A stretch of DNA of 59,643 bases, the filler included, from Circinaria calcarea (taxonomy: Eukaryota): assembly GCA_051942165.1 (NCBI GenBank). It is 6 parts of 6 records of this genome, joined end to end, with 100 filler letters (N's around TTAATTAATTAA, not from the genome) between each part and the next. Parts side by side here need not be neighbours in the genome. Positions count along the whole stretch, not along the records: positions 39,847 to 49,695 come from JAVECS010000881.1; positions 49,796 to 59,643 come from JAVECS010000882.1; 4 more parts are not named here. One strand, given 5' to 3'. The notes beneath the pieces were generated by a model. It made no database searches. It had not been told where the DNA came from and saw only the letters and a program-made list of their open reading frames with translations. Shown piece by piece: positions 40,241-51,137 of the stretch (within the stretch, counting starts at the first letter, position 1; every line of letters begins with the position of its first letter). Made by a program: the position numbers and the translations under genes.

Positions 40241-40808
40241 TGCTAGGCGGGTGAGGCTCAAATGAATGCCAAAAGCCAATCAGTTGCACTGGATTAGTCT
40301 CGGACCGCATCCGCAAGCTAAGTTGCATCTGTATTGCAACCTTGGCTCGAAGCGCTATCATGCCGCGCTCAGTTCGAATGAAAGCCATGTGGAGCCCGTG
40401 GCTGCCTGGTCCTACGGTTTCCACCCCATGCGGCGGCAATGGCCTGTATATAGTTTTCTATTGGATGGAGCCTCCATAATCAGCGGGATGTGATACAAAT
40501 ACGGTTAGCTTATATGCAGCCATAACCCCTTCAAGCGATGGATTGCATGTCATTGCTTATCATGCCTTGAACATCGTGTATGCAATAGGCCGAAAGAGAA
40601 GCGGTAGGCTTCCCAGAATCCAGCCCCAATGTTGTGATTATCTAGTACCCCGCTGCTTTAGATGTTGAAAGATTGTGGGCCGCTTGTGACACACTTCCCC
40701 CTTCAGTCGTCCGAAGACCTTGCGCCCTAAAACCATGGATGGCTGTTCTGCGGCATTCCCAGAAATATCTACAGGGAAATCGATTCAGTATCGAGAGAGC
40801 ACGATATA

Positions 40809-42429
40809 ATGGATACTGAACCACTGAATAGAATCGTGAATTCACGCGAGGCTGGTTTGGCTATCCCCAAAAAGCGAGACGAGACGGGCGTCAATCTTGA
40901 ACATAGCGACTCTCGTCAGACGGATAATGCGAAAAGTGTGGGGATCAACGCTGCCGCAGCCAAACCTCCGGCGGACACACGCTTGCAGAGAAAGCCTACA
41001 AACCACGGTAATTCCTCACCAATAGCTGGACCATGGTAGCTGGGGTCCTAGGATTGATTGCTGTTCAGGTGAAGAACAAGCGCCATCCACATCTCGAGGT
41101 GCCCCATTTGAGCAAAAGCCGCCAAAAAGGCCTGCTCAGAACCAGAGTGGCTTGCGAGTATGTGGAGAATACGCATATTAAGACCATGCCGTTACTAATG
41201 ATCCAAATAGAGCATTCTAGGCTTTGGGAAGACTGCCAGCTCTCTCAACGCCGTGGGAGCAGATACACATCGAAAGACCGCCCGGAAAGAAGGCTACTCT
41301 GATGATTCAGCAAGAGCAGAGATGGATGTAAGAACGTACCAGAGGGAGAGAGACGCTGAGCGTCAGAGACACGAGCAATTGAGGCCGGAATACTGTCAAG
41401 ACGTAGAGAAGCTTCAAACCGAGCTCCAGTACGAGCGGAAGGAATTGGAGCGGGTCGCGCGCTCTGCTCACCATCTGCAGACAATACTTGACAACAAACA
41501 ATTCTTCCTTGGGCCCCAAGCACCAGATGAGGATATACGCACGCGTTTCAGCTCAATCTTTACGTCCATCAAGACGTGGTCGACTTATTTCATGTACGGT
41601 CCTGTAGAGGATTTGGATATAGGAGACAATATACTAGACAAGTATCAGCGTGTGCTGCCGTTATGCACACAAATCTCACACGTAAAAACGGTTATCGCTG
41701 CGAAGAAACAGCGACGGCTTCTTGTTCGAGGTTGGGCCGCGTTCATAGCATACAAACGGATTCTGGCAACCAACACAAGTAGCAAAAGAAACGGTACTGA
41801 TCTCTGGCTGGACAAAAATTCCGCTCAGAGCTTCTCACTCTTGGAACAGAAACTCAGCCTTAGAGGTAAGAAACGCGTCCCTGGCGGCATTTTCCCTTTC
41901 TGACCCTATGCCAGATCAGGCCCAACTTCCCGTTCGTATGCTTAACGATTGGCGAGCATGGACCGCTGAGCTCCTTTCGAAGACAATTGATGACCAAATG
42001 CTTAGAGCCTCATCACAGACCGCGATAATGGACTCCGTCCACGAAGTGATGGGCTTCGTCGGCCACCTGGCTCAGCCTTCGAAAGCACAAGAGCTTGCTA
42101 CTGGTTTGTGTGATATCTATGTCGAGGCGGTACGCTTTGCTCAGTTGTTGAGACAACAACGCGCCATATGGAGCGTACATTTCCCAAAACGACCAACGAC
42201 CCCAATCAATTCGGAACTTATGTTCGATCCAGGCCGTATGCGAAACGAATTGAACGGAGACGATATTTTAGATGAAGAGACTTTAAAGCAACAGCTTGTT
42301 GAAATAACGGTGACGCCAGCGCTCTTGAAAAGTGGCAATGCGGATGGAGAGCACTATGACAAGGAATTTACTGCCGTCCCGGCTGGCGTAGCAGTTTACG
42401 GTAGACGAGATAGCAACCTGGATTCTTAA
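40809..42429 (+). CDS. Hypothetical protein with N-terminal disordered/coiled-coil region, 4 exons
   Basis: Introns 41008-41068, 41158-41210 and 41866-41914 join the ORFs in a single frame with no stops. The C-terminus NDWRAWT...VEITVTPALLKSGNADGEHYD is a common fungal unknown-function pattern. Confidence 0.75.
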
Positions 42430-42846
42430 GTCGATAGCTAGGAGTCAGAAATTCTTCTCTTCTCGCCATCTCTATGGTGAAGACAACTTCCAAGTGACTC
42501 GTGCTATGCCATGCTCGCCGGGTCGATCGCCGGGCGCGTACACATGTCTTTTTAGTATATAGTTGGTAATAAGTGGTGTCTCAGTCCGCTTAAGGTTGCT
42601 TGAAGTACACAAAAGATTGCGCAACCTGTCGAGAGAGCGACAGCGTTACAGGAAACACATTCGAAATAAGTATTAGTACTTTGTCATTTGTGAGACCTCA
42701 GAATCTACCTTGCACAGCGCCCTTCTGAATCTCTTTTTCCCTATACCTAACCGACAGCTTTGATTGCACAGGTCAAATGGGGTGATCAGGTATGCTGCTT
42801 GAAGTTCGGCTTGTGCAATCTGTCTATATCAATCTGTCTATATCGT

Positions 42847-43175
42847 TTAGTACTTGGTCGAAATGCTATAGGTTAGACAGCCAGCGACGATCGATCCATC
42901 ACGACCTTGATTGTTACCTGGACAAGACAGTTAGCCATAATTCTTAAACCCCCACACTCCATGAATTCCCAAAGAAAAGGACACTCACATTGCCTCCACA
43001 CACTATGTAAAATATCAGCACACTCGTTGTTAGCTATCGGCGTCCCTAGGTTATATCTTCCCGCACCCGGGTCATAACGGTCCACAGATTTGACACTTAT
43101 ATCGTACACATCGTCTTCATTCGCGTCGCCAGTGTACAGTCTTGCAGCATCTACGACGCCTTTAAACACCGGCAT
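42847..43175 (-). pseudogene. 3' fragment of a Cys-containing extracellular-type domain gene
   Basis: Intron 42918-42988 (GTGAGT, GCTAAC branch, CAG) gives ECADILHSVWRQC|NNQGRDGSIVAGCLTYSISTKY*. No signal peptide, and an in-frame stop lies just upstream of the Met. Confidence 0.55.
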
Positions 43176-43189
43176 GGTTCCGAATAGAC

Positions 43190-44480
43190 TTCACCAGACG
43201 CAACCACACTTCTGAAATTTTTACACTTATTACAACCAGATGAGATCCCTGAGATTATGTTTTGTCGCATGTGGACCACACGTCAATGTTGGAGTTGCGA
43301 TGGCGAAATCGAACACGTGAACGTTTTGCTGAATGGCCCGCTTGTCGACCTTCTAATAAGTTAATCCCAATTTCACGAAAATATTCAACTTCTTCAATCT
43401 CTTGGGTTTATCAAATCAGAACCTGGCCCTTTAGGCAAGCGGAAATTCTCAATTAAGCTAGAATTACAAGACCGCATAATGGGCATGACACAAAATTTAT
43501 AAGAGCTAAAATGGTTACGCCTGATCCTTATCTGCCATTTATTTCCTGGGAGACTTGAGGAGATTGGGTCAGTATCCGATACACTTAACTCGACAGATTT
43601 GCTAATTATTTACTGAATAGCTTTGGGGATACAGGGAGGGCACTGCTATCTCAACTCCGACATGCTTTTACACACTGTCAAGGCCTCAGGGACAGGATAC
43701 TTACACACCCCTCAGCTGGACATGGCATACTACTAGCTCTTTTGCTGTCCTCGAAACTCCATGGCCGAGATTGGAAATATCGTGCTGTCGAGTTGGCCGA
43801 GGAGATCTTGTCGGATCTTCCGCTTTTTGAACATGGAGCATTATATCTTCGGATGTTCGCAAGACAACGAAGGAGAGATCTTTCGCGCAGAATTCCAAAC
43901 TCATTGGTAGAAAGTGCTTACGAGGAGCTGTTGCCGATCGACCCTAGGACTAACGCTCTCTATGGCGAACATCTTCGATCAAATGCACAGGACCGGATTA
44001 TGGAAGGTTCTGGTGACCTGGACGGTGCACTCGAGGAATTGAGAAAATTTCAGATTTTCCGTGCCTTTCGAACTACGATCGAGGAGCAAGAAAAGGATCA
44101 TCATCTCTTTATTAAGGGGAAAATCCATCGTTGGAAAGCCTCTTTCTTCGAAGCAAGCGAGATATTCTATCGATTACTGGAGTCGAGATCAAGTCTATCG
44201 AATGAGATGGGTTGCAATCTCACTGGTCATTATATTGCAACCCTTTGTGAACAACGCCGCCTAGCTTTCGCAGAGAAGAGCGCACGCCAGGCAGTTGCGA
44301 GCTGTAAAGACTTCGATGACCAGGGTCTAAAGCGACAAGGTCTGAAGATGTTCAGATCTTTACAACTCTCGTTAGCAGAGACGCTGATCTGCCACATGCT
44401 AGTCGAAACAGTCGACGGTGGAAAAGACAATAAAAGGATGAATCAGTGGCTGGTGGAGTCCGAACGCATGTACGACCACT
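43190..44480 (+). pseudogene. NLR/STAND-like winged-helix plus TPR-like helical gene remnant, interrupted by an insertion
   Basis: SPDATTLLKFLHLLQPDEIPEIMFCR...WSCDGEIE...KWLRLILICHLFPG, then intron 43568-43620, then FGDTGRALLSQLRH...DPRTNALYGE...KGKIHRWKASFFEA. In-frame TAA at 43362 and 43500. Protein-like sequence ends at 44480. Confidence 0.6.
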
Positions 44481-44528
44481 GTGTATTCGGGGGGGTCGCC
44501 AAGCTTTCCGGGGGGGGGGCGCCCGGTA

Positions 44529-46683
44529 GAAGTTCTCCCGGGTCCGTGCACGGCCCCACTCCAATGCACACCCCCCCTCAAAACTCACCCTCACTCCCAA
44601 TTGCCATTACGCAATAACTACTTATTCAATCAGTTTGATATTGAAATATATCTTTAGATAGACTTGATTGAAGCTTTTGCGCTATCTGAATTATCTATTA
44701 AATTGTTTTGGAGGCTTAATTTGCCTGCCGAATCGTGAAGACCTGATCTCGACCCCCCCCTCCTGATCACCCTTAATTGCTATGTTCTCTTCGTTTTGCT
44801 GCATTTTTGACTTTGCGCGATAATTCTTTATGTGTTTCTTTACCTTCTTAACGTCCTCACTGAGTTGTTTGTCCGCTTTCCGCTGTTCAATGGTCTCCGC
44901 TCGTAATCGCTTTTTCCGCTCCTGTTCCTCCATCCTCTGTAGGCGGGCTTCCTCGCGATCCGCTTTCCTCTGGGCCATCAACAATTGCTTTTCCTCCTTC
45001 GCACGCTGCCTGCAAAGCTTTTCCTCCTCTTTCTGGGCCTGGGCAGCGGTTTTAGACTGCTGTTCTTCCTCCCGAAGCTGCTGCGCAGCCCTAATTTTGC
45101 TTGGGCTCAATATTAAAGCGTTGGATTCCCCCTCGCGACCAAGCTGAACCAATAGAGGCTGACCACGCTTCCTCTTGGCCTTTTCAATGCTTACCGTAGC
45201 CTGTAAATTCGCCACCTTAGCTTCCAGAAGCACATTCTTAGCCTGTAGATGGTCCACTGTCTTAGTAAGCTTCCTGACCTGTTTCCCTACCCCCCCCTTC
45301 ACTGTAGCGTTTATCAGGCCCCGGACATCGCCCCATGTAGGATTAGATACAGCGGAAGACCCCGTAGAGCTCGAAGAGGGTCTTTCTTCCGAAGTAACCT
45401 GATCTATCACTAGTTTAGGGTTCCAGGGCTGTAATCCTGTTTCCCTCCACCCACTTAGAACGTTTTCTTTAGTGAATGCCGACTTGAAAGCAGGCCAAAA
45501 CAGCCCAAAGAAGGCTCTTTTAGACATACTTGATAGAGCCTGCGTCTTAAAAAGCCAATTGTCTAATTGCTGCGAGTAGTAGGTGGATAAGGGGGCGTAA
45601 AGGCTGACATCCAGGGGTTGAAGCCGATGCGTTGAATGAGGTGGAAACACCGCTACCAGAATTCTATTCTGGGTGCACCAGGTCACGAACTCCATGTTAA
45701 CGTGACTGTTATGTCCGTCGACCAATAGGAGCCGCCATCTTAACCCCCCGGCAGCTTTCTCCTTGGTATATCGATCAAATAGGGTTGTGAGTCAGGAAAA
45801 CCCTAATTTCTCGCTAGTCCAACCAGTTCTGGACGCTGCGAAGAAGCAGGTGTGTTCTTCAGGATCGAATTCATTAAGCCACGTGTCCTGGAGGCTTCCA
45901 GACTCGGCCGAATAAATGATAGCGGGAGGAAGGGTGCTGCCGTCCATACAAATTGAACCAATCATAGTGATCCATTCTCTATTGCCGTCTTGGCCCGCAC
46001 CCTTTAATAAGCCTTCTTTAAGGGCTTTAATGCTGTAAACCCTGTAGGCTGCTTGTAAAAGACCAATCAGGAACCCCTTTTCGTCCATATTGTAGGAGTT
46101 TTCGGGTAGAATTCTATATTCGCGTATCTTGGCCAATAACTACGCGATATTAGGTAAGAAGTCAACACTTAGGAAGGCACAAACCCTATCAAAATAAAGC
46201 TGATATTGCCTTTGACTATCGGCTTTCTTACGGTTCAGGTCAAAGCCAACAAGAAACCCTGATGTCAATTCTTGATTGGCTGATTTTACAAAGCGATTGA
46301 CCCAATTCTTTCCTGGCTTCTTACCAGCTATTTCCTCTGCAAATCGGGCTACCATACGTACCGTAGGGGGTAGTCCTCGCTTAGTGAGGTCATTGATAAA
46401 GCGTATCAAGACCTTCCTCTGCTCAGGGGATAATAGGGCTTGGGAGCTAGAGTTATGACCCCGGTGGGCAGTTACACCTCTATGACGTCGTGACAGTGTT
46501 GTTCGGTCGACTCCATACAACTTAGCGGCAGCAGTGTAATTAGGGTTATCCTGCAACTCCAGGAAAGCAAGAGCTGCGTTAATTGATTCCATATTGATGG
46601 AGTAATTCAATATTGAATATGGTGGAAATAATTTGGGGGGGTGTGCATTGGAGTGGGGCCGTGCACGGACCCGGGAGAACTTC
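44529..46683 (-). mobile_element. pogo/Fot1-like (Tc1/mariner superfamily) DNA transposon, 2155 bp
   Basis: Perfect 49-bp TIRs at 44529-44577 and 46635-46683 (GAAGTTCTCCCGGGTCCGTGCACGGCCCCACTCCAATGCACACCCCCCC); TA target duplication at 44527-28 and 46684-85; internal DDE_1 transposase. Confidence 0.95.
44691..46592 (-). pseudogene. DDE_1 transposase with one premature stop
   Basis: HTH AAAKLYGVDRTTLSRR, PGKNWVNRF, YNMDEKGF, LVDGHNSH and PPHSTHRLQPLDV. A 45-nt intron lies at 46140-46184. In-frame TGA at 45792-45794 falls where Trp is expected (LGFS*LTTLFD). Confidence 0.88.
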
Positions 46684-47674
46684 TATATGGAATGGTTCTA
46701 TGCAAACGGAGCGGCGCACTCACCCCCGCTTCGCCAAAGCGGGGAAACACTAATTAGCCCTACAACAACCCTTCAGCGTACTCCACTGTCTGTCTCTTCA
46801 TTTGTCATCTATTCCAGTCAGACAGATGACTCACAAAGGCATGTGGCATGAAGCTAGATGAAGAGACTCAAGAGTTCCGAGTCATAACTTGAAGAAATTT
46901 CGAATGGATTTTAGCATCTTTGTGTCAGCTCATCGCATTAACTATGGCAAAGGCGTTTGGCGATCTCCCCTTAAATGCGCGGTCAACTCAGCCTTTCACG
47001 GCATCGATTCCAGATGAAAAGATCGAAGTCATTTAAAATAGCATTGGAGATTAGTCTCGTGGCTGCTTCTTGCTATGAGAATACGCAAGAAGATCCCAGA
47101 TATGGGGTCACTACTTCTTGGATGACAAATGCTAAAGAGCATTAGCTCAACAAATTTGATTGGTAAGTCGTGCTCATTACTTTTTACATCATCGAAGGGA
47201 GAATTTGACTGCAATGAAGTATTTTTGGAAAGTCTTGTAATGCGTGCTGTAAGAACTGTTGCTAAGAAATTTCTATATCGTGGTACAGGCGCGCCTGCGA
47301 GAACCGCATCAACTCCTTCATTCCTTTTGACGTTCCCATTTGCAATTTGCTCCTTGTTTCTCTTTGGCTCATTGATTTAAATCCGAGCCGTGAGAAGTAT
47401 CTAATCCAAGGAATCTGCCTGTATGAGATAGGAGGGTGTCGAAAATGGAGCGGAAGAAACTCGTAGGCCAATTTAGGATGCTCTTTATCCTTCTCGTGTA
47501 TTTTCCATCATATAAAAGTCAGTCAAAACAGCTCTTGTGTCAATCAGAATTCAGCTTCCCACTTTGCTAGGTCGTCTCCTGGCTATCTTTATTTTTTGAT
47601 TCTACTTCTATTTGGATCAACACAAGAACCAGATTAGGATCTTCAGAGGTGTCTTGTGATTTTGAGTTTGAGAA

Positions 47675-48610
47675 ATGCTTGTAAAGGATATCTTCATCTG
47701 GATAATAGCGCTGACTCCACTTCGCACTATTGCAATGCTTATCTCGGAAATAAGGAGGGACAGTGCCAGCAATGCATGTTCGCCAGAAGGCATTGTGGAA
47801 TGTTCCGTTACCCATTATCGAACATGCGCCAGTGGCGTTTGGTCCACAAGCATGCTGCTTGCACAAGGTACTACTTGTGACATTTTTCATGATCAATCAT
47901 CTTCTGTTACTAGCTTCCCGTCGCCAACAATCAACGGCCTACTCAAGGAAGCAACAAATAATCCATACAACTTTCAGTCTCGTCAATCAAACATTTCCAC
48001 CACTTTCGTCGCTCAAGGCACCGTCACTTCTCCTTCCACTCCCAGTACCCAGGTCTCGAGCAGCTCGGAATCAATTTCCCTTCATTATTATTCCGGCCCT
48101 GCTTCAGCATTTCCTACTCCATCATTTTGGAAGACTTTCGACGTGCTGTGGACTCTTAACAAAGGCGTGTGCGAGCTTAATCCTGACGACACAGTCCAAC
48201 CTATCCATGATGCTATTACACAAGTAGCTTCGGAGTCTGGCGTAGACGCACGGATTATCTTCACGGTCATTCTTCAGGAGTCGACTTGTCTTTTGTCGGC
48301 TGCTACCACAAATAACGGCGTGAACAATCCAGGACTTATGCAGTCTCATAACGGAGTCGGTTACACGAACAAGGCTTCAATCTTACAAATGATTAGAGAC
48401 GGGACCGAAGGAACTTTTTACAAAGGTGTCACTGGCGGAGACGGCCTGCAGCAGCTGATCGCACGTTACGGCATCTACGGAGGGTTGAGAGCATACAATT
48501 TAGGTGATCTTGGTCTGAATGCATCGAACTTAAGCTCGACAAACGTAGGAACTCCGAGCTACGTTAGTGATGTGGCGAACAGACTTACTGGAGCAATGAT
48601 CGCACACTAG
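47675..48610 (+). CDS. Probably secreted lysozyme-like (GH23/SLT-fold) protein with N-terminal CBM19-like module and Ser/Thr linker
   Basis: Hydrophobic N-terminus; CSPEGIVEC...YRTCASGVW...LAQGTTC; VDARIIFTVILQES, NPGLMQSHNG, LRAYNLG and YVSDVANRL; intronless, 311 aa. Confidence 0.8.
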   Translation: MLVKDIFIWIIALTPLRTIAMLISEIRRDSASNACSPEGIVECSVTHYRTCASGVWSTSMLLAQGTTCDIFHDQSSSVTSFPSPTINGLLKEATNNPYNFQSRQSNISTTFVAQGTVTSPSTPSTQVSSSSESISLHYYSGPASAFPTPSFWKTFDVLWTLNKGVCELNPDDTVQPIHDAITQVASESGVDARIIFTVILQESTCLLSAATTNNGVNNPGLMQSHNGVGYTNKASILQMIRDGTEGTFYKGVTGGDGLQQLIARYGIYGGLRAYNLGDLGLNASNLSSTNVGTPSYVSDVANRLTGAMIAH

Positions 48611-49467
48611 TGATATAATTCTGCGGATTGCAAAACTGCAAAAGAGATATAATTTGACAGTATCCAAATACATTATAAGCCATGAAACCAAGAATAAATC
48701 GAGATATGATGACTACTTTGAGACCTGATGATATGATCGAACAAGGCCTTTGCGCACCCATGCGTTCATCGCTGCCACACCGATAAACGCTAAACTTAAA
48801 GGAGTAATTTCGGCCAATTTTGCCAAGAATTATATGTTTCAGGCTTAAAATACCTAGAGAATCGACAGAGAAGCCACCGCAAATTACACCAAAATTTGTA
48901 GGGCAGCAATTGACCTTCTCGTCGCTATGGAGTGAGATTGCTTAGTGTATGGCATTCAGTGGTAACTTTTGATCCGATTAGATAAGGCGGTTTCTTTAAA
49001 AGAGTTTAGTGAGGAGGAGGGTGTGGCATTAAGCGGACTCATTACAGTCAGAGAGTGCGGCATCTCGATGCAGACGTCGGTATACCCAGAGTGCGGCGCC
49101 AGAGCTATCAAACTAGCAGCCGGAGCAACATATGCCCAAGACCTTAAGGAACGCTTTGGAACGATAGCTCTTGAATAAATTGAACCTTATAACCATTGTA
49201 AAATCAAAAAGTAAATTGACAAACATCGAAGATGAGAATTTTATCTGAAATTAAGATTAGTTGCGTAGTAATCACAGTATGGTAAACGCCCAATAATCCC
49301 CAGTGGTAGACTTTCGTCAAAAAGCGTTTCTGGAACAAGATGAAGTCAAGAGCGGGCGAAGCTGTAGGAGTCTAGGCAGCAGCAGGCTGTGTAAATAACA
49401 GGAGCAGCTGTAGCCGAGTGGGGTGCAGCCAATTCAGGCTCACCGAGGAGCCAGAACCTCTCCTCTC

Positions 49468-49566
49468 TTGCTGCGCCCCCCTTTGCTCCCTTGCTGCGCC
49501 CCTTTGCTCCCTCGCTGCTCCCTCGTGCTCCCTCGCTGCTCCCCCTTGCTCCCTCGCTGCTCCCTC
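49468..49566. repeat. 21-bp GC-rich tandem repeat (TGCTCCCTCGCTGCTCCC core), about 4.5 copies
   Basis: Read directly; it explains the spurious EGARGSS and GAAREQ repeat ORFs. Confidence 0.85.
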
Positions 49567-49695
49567 TAAAGCGGCCCTGCTCCCTTTCCCGATCGAAAAC
49601 GGCAATCCCCAATCCTAAGTTCGGGGTGTATATAATATATATATATATATAAAAAAAGGGGGTGGAGATGGAAAAAAAAAGCAAATCTCCACATA

Positions 49696-49795
49696 NNNNN
49701 NNNNNNNNNNNNNNNNNNNNNNNNNNNNNNNNNNNNNNNTTAATTAATTAANNNNNNNNNNNNNNNNNNNNNNNNNNNNNNNNNNNNNNNNNNNN
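49696..49795. other. Artificial contig linker
   Basis: N44-TTAATTAATTAA-N44. Confidence 0.99.
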
Positions 49796-50452
49796 GCTCC
49801 CACTGGTGTTCTCATCAAGTGTTCCGTATTCTGCTGGTGATACCTTGGGGAGTTCCTTAGTTGCATCGGCACTGTCACTTCCTCCCGTAGCCTTTTTGTC
49901 CCCGCTGGACTTGGACCCTTGTGCGGATCCGGAGGATGCTTCGCTCTTGTCGTCGAGCGTTCCGTATTCTGCTGATGACACCTTAGGGAGTTCCTTACTT
50001 GGATCGGTACTGCCACTTCCTCCGAAGCCCATGCTCGGACCTCCCGAATTGCCACCTGATGTCTTCCCTTCCGTTCCGCTTGCACCCTTCATATCATCAG
50101 ATGTCTCCTGCCGCACAGCTTTCTCTTCGCGCGCTCCAGTATCAGGGGCCGGGTTTAGTGTCTTAGCAGCAGAAGTGTCGGTATTGGCAAGAGTGGAGTT
50201 GCTACTTTTGACTGGCATCGGTTCGGAGTCACGGTTCTGGCTGAACAGTCCACCTGAGCGAGTAGATTCGGCTGCGAGGGAGTCTGCAGCTACTATACCG
50301 GCGCCCTCTTTGATAGGCTGTTCTTTTGCACGTCGATCGGAAGTGACCTGTGAGAGGTGGAGTTAGTTACAGATACGATAACATGTATTGGATATCTAAG
50401 TTACTTTTGTGCCCTTACTGGTAGGGCCGATGGGGATTCCTTGCATGTCCAT
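49796..50452 (-). CDS. Hydrophilic Gly/Ser-rich hypothetical protein with internal repeat, 3'-truncated
   Basis: Exon 1 MDMQGIPIGPTSKGTK (50452-50405), intron 50348-50404, then VAADSLAAES...GGLFSQN...STLANTDTSAA; KELPKVS(S/P)AEYGTLD occurs twice. Confidence 0.8.
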
Positions 50453-51137
50453 GATGAAGGTAGTGTGGTGAAAATGGTTGACGTCTAATGATCTGGCTTA
50501 GAGGCTTGACGAAGACGTGCTGGAGCTGGGTTGAGAAATAAGTGAAGCGTAAAGTGAGAGAAGAGTAATGGTTGAAGTTCTGTGCACCAATACCGACCAA
50601 CCTACATCATCGTGAAGTATGATGTAATGCCGTAACGGGCATAAACAGCTGCCCCACACTATACACTTTTCCCGCTTTCAGACAACTTTTCTGTCTTAGG
50701 TTGAAAGGAATACCATTGTTATGTAATCTTCGCATTGCAAATTAATAAATACTCTTGTACAGAGAAAATTATTCTAATTGCAAGTTGTTGGGCGTCCCAT
50801 ATATGGTAGGGGCAGAATGCTGCGCTAGTTGCTTTGATTGGGTGGTCCAGAGGTACCATAGTAGTCGTAGCACTTACTAAATCATGATTGAGAAGTGCCA
50901 TAGAAGCTGGGGGATGACACCGAGCAGCCGATGGTTGGGAGGTTTTTTGGTAGCTGTAGATTTGTGCCATTTGATAAGTCGTGGCAAGAGAAATTGTCAA
51001 GGAGGCTCAAGTTACGGTAAACGCAAATCTCAAATGCTTCTGTTAGATTGAAGCTATTTGACAATTAACTCGATATGCTCATTTGCCAAAGATGCAATGC
51101 TGTCCATCACCTGTTCAGTCTGTCGTCCTGTCGCTCC

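Noticed and set aside
44468..44480. TACGACCA resembling the start of 5S rRNA
   Set aside because: The match is only 8 nt, lies in coding frame (YDH), and no 5S body follows.
45792..45794. Programmed readthrough or A-to-I repair of the transposase TGA
   Set aside because: No supporting evidence; a simple nonsense mutation is more parsimonious.
49346..49684. ORFs with EGARGSS, GAAREQ or LAAPLCS repeats
   Set aside because: They are translations of a 21-bp DNA repeat open in several frames.
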